A program made the position numbers and the translations under genes. From NCBI GenBank assembly GCA_031411295.1, contig JANOAV010000140.1, positions 32,001-96,000 of the forward strand: a stretch of 64,000 nt of DNA, read 5' to 3'. Position 1 is the stretch's first letter; the number at the start of each line of letters is the position of its first letter. Source of the stretch: Verrucomicrobiales bacterium. GTDB taxonomy: Bacteria; Verrucomicrobiota; Verrucomicrobiia; Verrucomicrobiales; V1-33. Shown one piece after another: positions 31,550 to 40,867 of the stretch. The notes under the pieces are model-generated. The model was not told where the DNA came from, made no database searches, and saw nothing but the letters and a program-made list of their open reading frames with translations.

Positions 31550-33850
31550 CTACTTCGTCTCGCTAATGCCCATGTCGATGCTCTGACCGCCGATCGTTTG
31601 GTGGCAATGCACGGCAATGGAGTTCTTGCCGGGCTTCAGCGCGCGCATCGCCTCGTCACTAACGGGAAGCGGCACATAGGTGCCGACGAATTTCTCCACC
31701 TTGGCTGCCAGCACGCCATTGAGGTAGATCTCCGCATTCTCATCATGCAGCACATGGAGCGTGAGCTTGGCGGGAATCGTTTCTGGTAGGAGGAATTCCC
31801 GAAGGAGATAAATGTCAGGCGATTTCCACGGCGTGCCCACGTTGCCCACTTCGTTGCCGAACACACCAGGTCCACTCAACCAGCCCTTGGCGGTAAATTC
31901 AGGTTTGAACCAATCGGCGGCCGGTTGATCGAAGGAGTAGCTCCAGAGCATCGGCTCATCCATGGAGGTGGCTAGTATGAACGGATTCGGGTCTGGGGGC
32001 AGGGGCAGGAACTTGCCTTCGTTGGCGGCGGTGGTGGTCGCGATGTCTGGTTTGATGATCGCCCGATCATACGTCAGCAGCCCGTTGCTTTCCTCCTCCA
32101 CGTCGGTGAGTTGCGTGTAAACAAAGGCGCTCATGCCGCGCTCGGCGGATAATTTCCAAGCCTCCTTTTGCAGCGCTTGGTATTTTTTGGTCAGGGGATA
32201 AGCGGTGGCATAGACGCCTTGGTAACCCCAGGCCCCCTTGGACCACATGTGTCCATCCACCCGCATCCCCAAGCCGCCGAACTCCCCACAGACGGAGGCT
32301 CGCGTCGCTGATGGTAACTCACATTTCGGCGTGGGATAAGCGTGGGTGTCGTGAATGTCTCCCACATTTTGATCCGTCCAACCGCTGGCGTTATTCACTA
32401 ATCGCGTGGGGTCCAGTTTGCGGGTGAGCGCCACCACTTCCGGCGTAGCATGCTGGCCCCAGCCTTCGTTAAATGTCGTCCACACCACAATCGATGGATG
32501 ATTGTAGAATTGCGCAATTTCTTCGCGCCATTCGGTTTCGAATTGTTGCTTCGCGGAGTCCGAGAGAGTGCCGTCCTTGCCGTGGCCGAACATTTGCGGC
32601 ATGTCCTGCCAGACCAGCACGCCCAATTTATCCGCCCAATAATACCACCGTTCGGGCTCCACCTTGGCGTGCTTCCGACTCATGTTGAAGCCGAGTTGCT
32701 TCGTCACTTCCAGATCGTAACGCAACGCTTCATCCGTAGGAGCCGTGTAGAGTCCATCCGGCCAGTAGCCTTGGTCTAATACACCGCGTTGAAAGACAAA
32801 TTTGTTGTTGAGCAGGATCCGATTCTGCCCTTGCTCGTCCTTACCGAGGGAGATTTTGCGCATCGCGAAGTAGCTCGTGACAATATCTGTCCATGGGCCA
32901 ACGGTGGTCTTAACTTTGATAGTGTAAAGATGCGGAGTTTCCGGGGTCCAGAGTTTGGCATTGGGGATGGCCACAGTGTGTTTTCTGTCGCTGCCGATCT
33001 TTTCTGCAAGAGCTAGGGGAATGCTCTGCTCATTGAAGCCGCCAATTTTTGTTTCTCCATCGTAAACTTCCACCAGCGACACGCCAATCTTTGGGGTAAA
33101 GACCAGAATTTCCACCTCACCAGCATCCACGTTAGGGGTGATCTTCAAAGATTGCACCCCGACCAGTTCTGGCACAGGTTCCAGCCACACCGTCTGCCAG
33201 ATGCCGGATGCCGCCGTGTAGAAAATGCCGCCTGGCTTAATGCGTTGTTTTCCCAGCACCTGCGCGTCGTTGACACCCGCCGCCACTGGATTCCAAGCGC
33301 CCACCTCAAGGTCGTTTTCACCAGGCTTCAGATGCTCGGTAATGTCGAAACTGAATTCATCATAACCGCCCTTGTGATCCCCGATCAATTGTCCGTTGAC
33401 GCGCACTAACGTGTGGTAGTTCACGGCACCAAAATGCAGCATGATCCTTTGGCTGCCGCTAGGCTCTGTGGGGCTGCTTTTCCCGCTCTTATTCCATTCT
33501 GCTGGCACCGTAAACTTTCGCTGACACCAGATGCGCTGGTCCGGCACACAGGGTTTGCCCACGCCGGAGAGTGCGGATTCATAGGGGAATGGCACCAAGA
33601 TTTGCCCGTCATATTTCCCTGGGGTGGTAATGCTGCTGTCCGTTAGGCTGTAGTTCCAGAGACCATTGAGATTCAGCCAATCCTTCCGCACCAACTGCGG
33701 CCGCGGATACTCTGGCAATGGCGCAGCGGGATTCACGTCCTTGGCCCACTTGGTCATCAGAGGACCGGGAGCAGGCTTCCAAGAATCCGCCAAGGCGGAT
33801 GACGCAAGGATTAACGAAACCAGCGAAAGGGCGAGGTGGAGGCGTTTCAT
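31550..33850 (-). CDS. Glycoside hydrolase family 2 (beta-galactosidase/glucuronidase-like), exported
   Basis: EYPRPQ, LHFGAV, SGIWQTVWLE, LDQGYWPDG, RKHAKVEP, FNEGWG, GEFGG. Confidence 0.9.
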   Translation of the reverse strand: MKRLHLALSLVSLILASSALADSWKPAPGPLMTKWAKDVNPAAPLPEYPRPQLVRKDWLNLNGLWNYSLTDSSITTPGKYDGQILVPFPYESALSGVGKPCVPDQRIWCQRKFTVPAEWNKSGKSSPTEPSGSQRIMLHFGAVNYHTLVRVNGQLIGDHKGGYDEFSFDITEHLKPGENDLEVGAWNPVAAGVNDAQVLGKQRIKPGGIFYTAASGIWQTVWLEPVPELVGVQSLKITPNVDAGEVEILVFTPKIGVSLVEVYDGETKIGGFNEQSIPLALAEKIGSDRKHTVAIPNAKLWTPETPHLYTIKVKTTVGPWTDIVTSYFAMRKISLGKDEQGQNRILLNNKFVFQRGVLDQGYWPDGLYTAPTDEALRYDLEVTKQLGFNMSRKHAKVEPERWYYWADKLGVLVWQDMPQMFGHGKDGTLSDSAKQQFETEWREEIAQFYNHPSIVVWTTFNEGWGQHATPEVVALTRKLDPTRLVNNASGWTDQNVGDIHDTHAYPTPKCELPSATRASVCGEFGGLGMRVDGHMWSKGAWGYQGVYATAYPLTKKYQALQKEAWKLSAERGMSAFVYTQLTDVEEESNGLLTYDRAIIKPDIATTTAANEGKFLPLPPDPNPFILATSMDEPMLWSYSFDQPAADWFKPEFTAKGWLSGPGVFGNEVGNVGTPWKSPDIYLLREFLLPETIPAKLTLHVLHDENAEIYLNGVLAAKVEKFVGTYVPLPVSDEAMRALKPGKNSIAVHCHQTIGGQSIDMGISETK

Positions 33851-33880
33851 AAAGGTGGCTGAGAGCTGGGTTGGTAAAAT

Positions 33881-35041
33881 TTACTCAGAAGGTTGCAGGA
33901 TAATCTGTGGACCGTCCGAAGGCTGGGTCACGAAAACACGTGAGTCACGGCCAAACTTCGTTTGATAGGCTCGCTGAATCTTCTGACCGATCAGTTCCGC
34001 CTGAGCCGTCGGCACCAAGGCCACACAGCAACCGCCGAAGCCCCCGCCAGTCATGCGGCAGCCATACGCACCCGCTTCGCGCGCAGCATTGGCGATGAAA
34101 TCCAGTTCCTCGCAACTCACTTCGTAGTCTTTCCGCAGGGATTCGTGGCTGGCATTCATTAGTTCGCCTAACGTCTGCCATTGTCCCGCTTTCAGTGCGG
34201 CCACAGCGGCTAACGTGCGCTCATTTTCTGTGGTGACGTGATGCGCGCGACGAAACAAATGATCGCCTAACTGCACCTGCGCTGCCACGACCTGTTCCGT
34301 GGTCACCGCCCGCAGCGTGGTCACGCCAAGCACGGCGGCGGCCGCCTGGCAGTCAGCGCGACGCTTCCCATACTCGCCCTCGCTGAGATCATGTTTCACC
34401 ATCGAGTTTATCACCAGCACGGAAACATCCCTCTGCGGCATGGGCACCAGTTCAAATTGCTGCGATTGACAGTCCAGCAACAACAAGTGTCCGGCTTTGC
34501 CGAAGGTCACGGCAAACTGATCCATGATGCCGCAGGGCGTGCCCGCAAATTCATGTTCTGCCTGCTGGCAGAGCAATGCTTTCTGCACGGGATCCAGAGT
34601 GGTGCCTGACAAAATTTCGCCCAACGTGGCGGTGGCCACTTCCAACGCGGCACTGCTGCTTAAGCCGCCGCCCGCCGGTAAATTGGCATAGATCACCGCA
34701 TCGAACCCAGGCAGGATCGTGCCTGCATGGAGTAACCCTGCCAGCACGCCCCTCACATAATTGCTCCAGCCTGGGGCGCCAGGTAAGATCGGTTGCGTGA
34801 GATCGAGTTCCACTGGGAGATCCGACCGCCCTGCGCTCCAGAGTCGCACCAATGAATCCTCTCGTTTTCGTGCTGCGATCGCCACGCCCAGATCAATCGC
34901 CAGGGGTAAGACGAAGCCATCATTGTAATCCGTGTGCTCCCCGATGAGATTCACGCGACCGGGCGCAAACACCATACGCGTGGCCGCAGCGCCAGTGAGA
35001 TCGCTGAAACATTTGAGGGGACTTTTGTGCTGGAGGGACAT
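33881..35041 (-). CDS. galK: Galactokinase
   Basis: APGRVNLIGEHTDYNDG, GGGLSSSAA, CGIMDQ, RMTGGGFGGC. Confidence 0.96.
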   Translation of the reverse strand: MSLQHKSPLKCFSDLTGAAATRMVFAPGRVNLIGEHTDYNDGFVLPLAIDLGVAIAARKREDSLVRLWSAGRSDLPVELDLTQPILPGAPGWSNYVRGVLAGLLHAGTILPGFDAVIYANLPAGGGLSSSAALEVATATLGEILSGTTLDPVQKALLCQQAEHEFAGTPCGIMDQFAVTFGKAGHLLLLDCQSQQFELVPMPQRDVSVLVINSMVKHDLSEGEYGKRRADCQAAAAVLGVTTLRAVTTEQVVAAQVQLGDHLFRRAHHVTTENERTLAAVAALKAGQWQTLGELMNASHESLRKDYEVSCEELDFIANAAREAGAYGCRMTGGGFGGCCVALVPTAQAELIGQKIQRAYQTKFGRDSRVFVTQPSDGPQIILQPSE

Positions 35042-35290
35042 GCTGGAGGGGAATGGACAATCACTATTGAACACCGGTGGGCTTTTGTCCAAGAGGGAGC
35101 CGGTCAAACATTGTAGATATCGGGTCATATTCCCTCGGGGTAGATTCAAGACATCGGATTCATGTTGCAAGCAATGAGGCTTGATTCTGATACTTAAATA
35201 CTGAATTTGTGCGTCCGATTTTCGAATTGATAGGAAGATGGGTCAAACAAATCTGTAGATTTTCGGCCAAATCGGTTTAGTTTCCCTGCA

Positions 35291-36496
35291 ATGCCTAAGC
35301 GCCTCAAAAATCCTCCTGCCTCCGCTGCCCCGCACGTCGCCCTGCTGGTGGAAACCTCATTGGCATCAGGCCGGGAAATTTTGCGCGGGGTGGCGCGTTA
35401 CGTGCGCGAAAACGGCCCTTGGTCGCTCTTCCACGCGCCGCGCGGACTGGAGGAAACGGTGCCTTCCTGGTTGGCGCGTTGGCAGGGCGATGGCATTATT
35501 GCCCGCATTACGACTCCAGCCTTGGCGAAGTTTATCAAGAAGATCAAGGTCCCGGTGATTGACGTGCTGGGACTGGTTCCGGCAAGTGGCTTTCCGCTCA
35601 TCCATGTGGACGATCCCGAGATCGCGCGGCAAGCCTTTGCTCACTTGGCCGAGCGTGGATTCCGCCACTTCGCGTTCTTCGGACTGGCAGGGGAGAATTG
35701 GTCCGAACGTCGGCGGGAAGCCTTCATCACGGAAGCGCGACGATTCACTTCGCAGGATCACGTCTTGGAAATGACGCGCAAGGAAATTGAGCAAACCCCC
35801 TGGGAGACGCGGCAGGATCAGTTGGCTGACTGGCTGCGGCAGTTGCCGAAACCATGCGGCCTCATGGTCTGTAGCGATCAACGCGGGCCGGACGTGCTGG
35901 AAGCATGTCGGCGGGTCAGCATTCAGGTGCCGGATGAAATTGCCATCGTCGGCGTGGATAACGACGAGCCTTTATGTGAAGTGTGCCATCCACCACTGAG
36001 TTCCGTCTGGCCGAATCACCTGGGCGTCGGCTATGAGGCCGCCGCAATGTTGCATCGGTTGATGCAAGGAGCGCCCCTGCCCACCACCGCCCAGTTTGTC
36101 GCGCCCCGCGGGGTGGTGACTCGTCAGTCCAGTGATGTGCTGGCGGTAGGTGATCCCTTGGTGGCAGCAGCGCTGCGCTTGATTCGCGAAGAAGCCTGCC
36201 GCGGCATTTCCGTGGACGACATCACCCAGCGCGTCGGTGCCTCCCGCAGTGTGCTCCAACGTCGATTCGCGGCCATGCTCGGGCAGACGATTCACGACCG
36301 CCTCATCGATCAACGCATCAAATCCGCCATCCGCTTGATTTCCACGACCGAGTTGCCGCTGGGAGAAATTGCCGAACGCTGTGGTTTCCGGCACCAGGAA
36401 TACATGGGCGTCGTCCTCCGGGAACGCAGCGGCCAAACCCCGGCCCAATATCGCAAGGCCGCCATGCTGCAAACCGTTGGACGCACTCGGTCGTGA
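35291..36496 (+). CDS. XylR-type transcriptional regulator (periplasmic-binding-like domain plus AraC HTH)
   Basis: DGIIAR, VPDEIAIVGVDND, PPLSSV, VVTRQSSD, C-terminal IAERCGF...GQTPAQYR; divergent from galK. Confidence 0.9.
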   Translation: MPKRLKNPPASAAPHVALLVETSLASGREILRGVARYVRENGPWSLFHAPRGLEETVPSWLARWQGDGIIARITTPALAKFIKKIKVPVIDVLGLVPASGFPLIHVDDPEIARQAFAHLAERGFRHFAFFGLAGENWSERRREAFITEARRFTSQDHVLEMTRKEIEQTPWETRQDQLADWLRQLPKPCGLMVCSDQRGPDVLEACRRVSIQVPDEIAIVGVDNDEPLCEVCHPPLSSVWPNHLGVGYEAAAMLHRLMQGAPLPTTAQFVAPRGVVTRQSSDVLAVGDPLVAAALRLIREEACRGISVDDITQRVGASRSVLQRRFAAMLGQTIHDRLIDQRIKSAIRLISTTELPLGEIAERCGFRHQEYMGVVLRERSGQTPAQYRKAAMLQTVGRTRS

Positions 36497-36511
36497 ATCC
36501 TCAATGCGGGG

Positions 36512-37864
36512 TTGAAGAAATATGACCTAACTTTGATTCTAGCTCAGGTGGCCTTTGGGAGCACACCTGCGGTGCCGGGGACTCGGCTCACCATGACCTA
36601 CGACGGACTGAGCCGACTCATTGCCAAGAAAGTGGAGCAACAAAATGCTGTCACTCTGATCGGGACTGTGGTAGAATACCAAGGCTATCTCTACGATGGC
36701 TGGAACTGCATTATGTGTGTGCGCTTAAATAACGATGCTACCGCTACCACCCCACCGGCCGTGCGGGGAAGGTTGGCGAGTTGCGTCTGGGGACCGGACA
36801 TCGGCAGCACCCCGTATGCCCGGCAGTCATGGCAGAAGGCAGGCGGCGTCGGCGGCTTGCTCTGCGTCGTCGGCATCCTCTCAGACAACTCGGATACCTA
36901 CTTCCCGCTCAGCGACCGCATGGGGAACATCACCGGCTACCGACGCCCCGCCACGGCCACCAGCACCGTCCTCAACAACGACCTAGCCACCACCGGAGCC
37001 ATGCTAGACTACGACGCCTTCGGCAAAGAATTCCGCAGCAGCGGCCCCGCCGCCGACATCGTCCCCTTCCACTACAGCACCAAATTCACCGATGCCGAAA
37101 CCGGGCTGAACTACTATGGTTATCGGTATTATGATTCAGTGAATGGCCGCTGGCTGGGGAGGGATCCGATTGGGGAGGGAGCTGGTGGAAATTTATTCGG
37201 GATGGTTGGGAACAAAATAATTAATGAAGTAGACTTACTGGGCCTACGAGATTCTTTGATAGATGAGAGCGTAGGGGCGGCGCGAGCCGCTGCCCAGCAG
37301 CGTGCTTGGGAATCAGATAAACAGGTAGCCAAAAATTGCTTAAAAGCGCAAATAACTGCTTGTAACAACGCGGCGAGTGATGATGCCTGCTGTGCACCAA
37401 GCCCATCGAAGAGTAAACCTGACGCACGCAACAAGGTCTGTAGAAGACTTGAGCAGTTATTGAAAGAACTGGACTCCCCAACCTCTTGTCATCAACGGGC
37501 GGTTGTAAAAGCAATAAGTGCATTCTGTAATGAGCAAACAAAATATAATCCTTCCCCTGGGGCCTTCACGTGCAACAAGTTTGTGAGTGACAAGATCAAT
37601 GGTCCCAAACGTTATCATGGGCTTGGCGGACCGATTAGTGCTTCTCAATGGAACGAGGAACAACCAACGATACCCGAAGCGGATGCTGTGCCGGGCGACA
37701 TTGTTTCCACAACAGGACATGTGGGTATTTATTTAGGGGGAGGCGTCTACATTAGTGCCTCGGCGGGCAGCAGTTTCTTTCCAGAGCAGGGGAATGGTAG
37801 CATCCGCGTGAAACCGTTGCCTAAGGATCCGCATAAGTTCCATCGGGGATGCGAAGATGATTAA
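36512..37864 (+). CDS. Orphan (5'-truncated) RHS core with NlpC/P60-like C-terminal toxin
   Basis: YDAFG, ETGLNYYGYRYYD...GRWLGRDPIGE, DLLG junction; tip has TCNKFV, PGDIV, GHVGIYLGGG; no convincing start or N-terminal RHS body. Confidence 0.8.
   Translation: MKKYDLTLILAQVAFGSTPAVPGTRLTMTYDGLSRLIAKKVEQQNAVTLIGTVVEYQGYLYDGWNCIMCVRLNNDATATTPPAVRGRLASCVWGPDIGSTPYARQSWQKAGGVGGLLCVVGILSDNSDTYFPLSDRMGNITGYRRPATATSTVLNNDLATTGAMLDYDAFGKEFRSSGPAADIVPFHYSTKFTDAETGLNYYGYRYYDSVNGRWLGRDPIGEGAGGNLFGMVGNKIINEVDLLGLRDSLIDESVGAARAAAQQRAWESDKQVAKNCLKAQITACNNAASDDACCAPSPSKSKPDARNKVCRRLEQLLKELDSPTSCHQRAVVKAISAFCNEQTKYNPSPGAFTCNKFVSDKINGPKRYHGLGGPISASQWNEEQPTIPEADAVPGDIVSTTGHVGIYLGGGVYISASAGSSFFPEQGNGSIRVKPLPKDPHKFHRGCEDD
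36785..37173 (+). repeat. RHS core direct repeat, copy 1 (389 bp)
   Basis: Near-identical and colinear with 39221-39609. Confidence 0.9.
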
Positions 37865-38306
37865 GCGAATACAAGTGATGAAGTTTTTATTGAAGTATAA
37901 GATACATTTTGTGATATCCGCATGTTTAATTGTCGCGATGTGTTTGCGTCTCAGTTCGTTTAGCGGGTTTAGGTTCCGCCTAATGTCGTCAGAAAGTGGT
38001 GAGAAGGTTGCCGTGTTTTATAAATATCGAGAGGAGGTAAACAGGTTGTTAAGTGCAGGTATGACTAAAAGTGACGTCGAAGGAGTGACCGGATTACCAT
38101 CCAATAATCCAAACGACGAAATTTGGATTTGGGCTTCCAATCCAGCGGACGTCAAAAATCTGGTGGTCGGAATTTCCGATGGTTCAATCATTAACAATGA
38201 GGTGAAACTTCGATTAATGGCTTTTAATTCTAATCCCGAAGGCCACCACTACTGCTTTGTCGTCTTCCAAACGGGAAAACTAGCATATATCGAGCCATCG
38301 CAATGA
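37857..38306 (+). CDS. Putative immunity protein 1 (membrane-anchored, SmpA/BamE-like motif)
   Basis: Overlaps the toxin stop; AT-rich; N-terminal hydrophobic helix; LSAGMTKSDVEGVTGLP...WIW. Confidence 0.65.
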   Translation: MIKRIQVMKFLLKYKIHFVISACLIVAMCLRLSSFSGFRFRLMSSESGEKVAVFYKYREEVNRLLSAGMTKSDVEGVTGLPSNNPNDEIWIWASNPADVKNLVVGISDGSIINNEVKLRLMAFNSNPEGHHYCFVVFQTGKLAYIEPSQ

Positions 38307-38548
38307 TGGAGATGTGGTAGAAAACAATGTGCCATGCAGATAGTTTAAAAAAGCATTAACGGAATTACCATGATTTCAAAAAATCCCATACCTCCGTTTC
38401 CTTTGTTTCCTTCTGTTTAAAAATCCGCACTACGAACCGGGCACAATCACCATGAATGGTTGGGCCATGGGCCAAGTATTCACTACGGTCCAGGCTTAAT
38501 ACACACTTGCGTAAGTTGAATTTCTACGCTTGTCATAATTAATGGATC

Positions 38549-40228
38549 TTGATCGGCTTTGTTTCCTTTGTTTCCTTCTGTTCCAACCCGTTCATCGTTC
38601 ATCGGAAGTCCCGAAAAAAACTCGGAAATCGCTCAAGGGCTGGAAAACACTTGCTCCTTCCAAGAATCTCACGAAATTGTCCTATGCTAATTTTCTGTAG
38701 GCCAAAAAGGCGAAAGCATGCCGAAGATCTTTTCCTCAATAGCAGCACCACCGCATTGACTCCAGGTCCTGTCTTTAGCGGAAACAACTGGGATAAAGAA
38801 ATAACCCACAGTGTGGCGGGCCTGTATGACCGGGTAGAAGTAAAGGAAGCGGGAGTGCTGATTGAAGACGGCGTGCAATACACCCCGCCCGCTACTGAGA
38901 ACCTCAGCACCGCTTACGATGCAGATGGCAACCTATTGCAGGACGGGCGCTGGACGTATGTTTGGGATGGGGAGAATCGGCTGCTCAGCATGGAATCCGC
39001 CCCGCAGACGACCAATCCCGCCGTGGCGGGACGGAAATTGAGCTTTAAATACGACGGACTTTCCCGAAGGATCGGAAAGATCGTAGAAACCCGCCCTAAC
39101 ACCAGCGCCGCTTATGCCCTAGTCAAACACGAAGGCTATGTTTATGATGGCTGGAACTTGGTGATGACCGTGAAGTTCACCACCACCAGCCCGACCGCCC
39201 CGGCCCGCGTGGCCAGTTACGTCTGGGGACCGGACATCGGCAGCACCCCGTATGCCCGGAAGTCCTGGCAAAAGGCAGGCGGAGTGGGCGGCTTGCTCTG
39301 CGTCGTCGGCATCCTCTCAGACAACTCGGATACCTACTTCCCGCTCAGCGACCGCATGGGAAATATCACCGGCTACCGACGCCCCGCCACGGCCACCAGC
39401 ACCGTCCTCAACAACGACTTAGCCAACACCGGGGCCATCTACGACTACGACGCCTTCGGCAAAGAATTCCGCAGCAGCGGCCCCGCCGCCGACACCGTCC
39501 CCTTCCACTTCAGCACCAAATTCACCGATGCCGAAACGGGGCTGAACTACTATGGGTATCGGTATTTTGATCCGGTGAATGGCAGATGGCTGGGGCGGGA
39601 TCCGATTGGTGAGACGGGTGGGGTGAATTTGTATGGGATGGTCGGGAATAATCCGGTGATTGCGGTTGATATATTGGGGGAGAACACGGTAAGATCTTGC
39701 AAATCCACAATACGGGCTGGACACGGGAGTAACGATCACCCTAGCACTGTTGAATCAAATCCACCGGCGCACCAAATAGGTGATCGATGCACTGCTGTGA
39801 GTTGCTTTAATGGAAATATAAACGATCGGTTCGATAAGTCAGGATTGGGTCCGGTGCGTTATGACGGGGAACGTTTTGAAGATCCTAAAATACCCACTTT
39901 TAACAGAGATCCCCAATTCCCCGATCAAATTGATAGGAAGAACCCGCTCAATCCCAACCAGCCTGGATTGCTGCCCGATGCCGGGCCAAACAACGCTTAT
40001 GACTCACTTGAGGCTTCGATTAAGGCCGCGAAAGCGAAGGCGGTTGAGGATTGCAAAGGAGAGTGTTGGGATAGCAAAGACGGAACTAAATGTCGAGATA
40101 TCGAAATACGAGTCGAATGTGTTGGAGATATATTTGCGAAGATTGCCCAAAAACTTAAAAAACCAAGCTTATGCGGCAAGACCTGGAAATACAACTGTGC
40201 ATCTAAACAATGGAGCCCTAAGGATTAA
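38549..40228 (+). CDS. Orphan (5'-truncated) RHS core with Cys-rich C-terminal tip of unknown activity
   Basis: YDADGNL, YVWDGENRL, YDGLSRR, ETGLNYYGYRYFDP..GRWLGRDPIGE.GG.NLY, DILG junction; first ~60 codons look non-coding. Confidence 0.8.
   Translation: MIGFVSFVSFCSNPFIVHRKSRKKLGNRSRAGKHLLLPRISRNCPMLIFCRPKRRKHAEDLFLNSSTTALTPGPVFSGNNWDKEITHSVAGLYDRVEVKEAGVLIEDGVQYTPPATENLSTAYDADGNLLQDGRWTYVWDGENRLLSMESAPQTTNPAVAGRKLSFKYDGLSRRIGKIVETRPNTSAAYALVKHEGYVYDGWNLVMTVKFTTTSPTAPARVASYVWGPDIGSTPYARKSWQKAGGVGGLLCVVGILSDNSDTYFPLSDRMGNITGYRRPATATSTVLNNDLANTGAIYDYDAFGKEFRSSGPAADTVPFHFSTKFTDAETGLNYYGYRYFDPVNGRWLGRDPIGETGGVNLYGMVGNNPVIAVDILGENTVRSCKSTIRAGHGSNDHPSTVESNPPAHQIGDRCTAVSCFNGNINDRFDKSGLGPVRYDGERFEDPKIPTFNRDPQFPDQIDRKNPLNPNQPGLLPDAGPNNAYDSLEASIKAAKAKAVEDCKGECWDSKDGTKCRDIEIRVECVGDIFAKIAQKLKKPSLCGKTWKYNCASKQWSPKD
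39221..39609 (+). repeat. RHS core direct repeat, copy 2 (389 bp)
   Basis: Near-identical and colinear with 36785-37173. Confidence 0.9.
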
Positions 40229-40251
40229 CTCTTAAATTAACATAAATCCGT

Positions 40252-40821
40252 ATGAGAATCAATAAAACGAAGTCGGTAATGCTGTTTATATTATACTCAT
40301 GTATGGCGCTTAATGCTGCTCCAGACGTGAATGAGGCATTTTTGTGTGAAAGTAAGTTGTTTAAATTGTGTCACGTAAACGTTGACTTTGAGAGAAGTGC
40401 AGACTTTGCTGAAACGCTTACGAAAAAGAAACAAGAAATTGATTACGCAAAAATCAGTCCGGGGTCTATAATTAAGTGGGGAACTGTTGAAATATTGTTG
40501 AAAAACAAACCAATCGCCCAGGCCGTCGTGTGGGGTCAAACATTTAGCAAGTGGTTAGAAGTCGCCAAATGGAACGAGGATGACGCGTTTTCTTCATCAT
40601 CACTTTCTCCCGAGCGAATAATTGTAATAGAAGATAAAAATAAAAAGGAACAGGTTTGGGTGCTGCACTTATGGCATAAATTGGCACTTTGTTTCGTTGG
40701 CAGTAAATGTGATACCGATAGTTTTCAAATAATTCCTAATAGTAAACAGTCGCGCCTAGACGATCGCGATTTAATCGAAGCTATCTGGGACTCTGTTTTA
40801 AAAGTGGAAGAGAAAAAATAG
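40252..40821 (+). CDS. Putative immunity protein 2 (signal peptide)
   Basis: Directly follows the RHS tip; AT-rich; basic then hydrophobic N-terminus ending ALNA. Confidence 0.6.
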   Translation: MRINKTKSVMLFILYSCMALNAAPDVNEAFLCESKLFKLCHVNVDFERSADFAETLTKKKQEIDYAKISPGSIIKWGTVEILLKNKPIAQAVVWGQTFSKWLEVAKWNEDDAFSSSSLSPERIIVIEDKNKKEQVWVLHLWHKLALCFVGSKCDTDSFQIIPNSKQSRLDDRDLIEAIWDSVLKVEEKK

Positions 40822-40867
40822 TAAGAAATAAGGAGCCATGCTGGATATTAGAAGTCATTGACTCGGC

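Noticed and set aside
36785..39609. Template/variable repeat pair of a diversity-generating retroelement
   Set aside because: No reverse transcriptase is present, differences are not confined to adenines, and the repeat is explained as RHS core.
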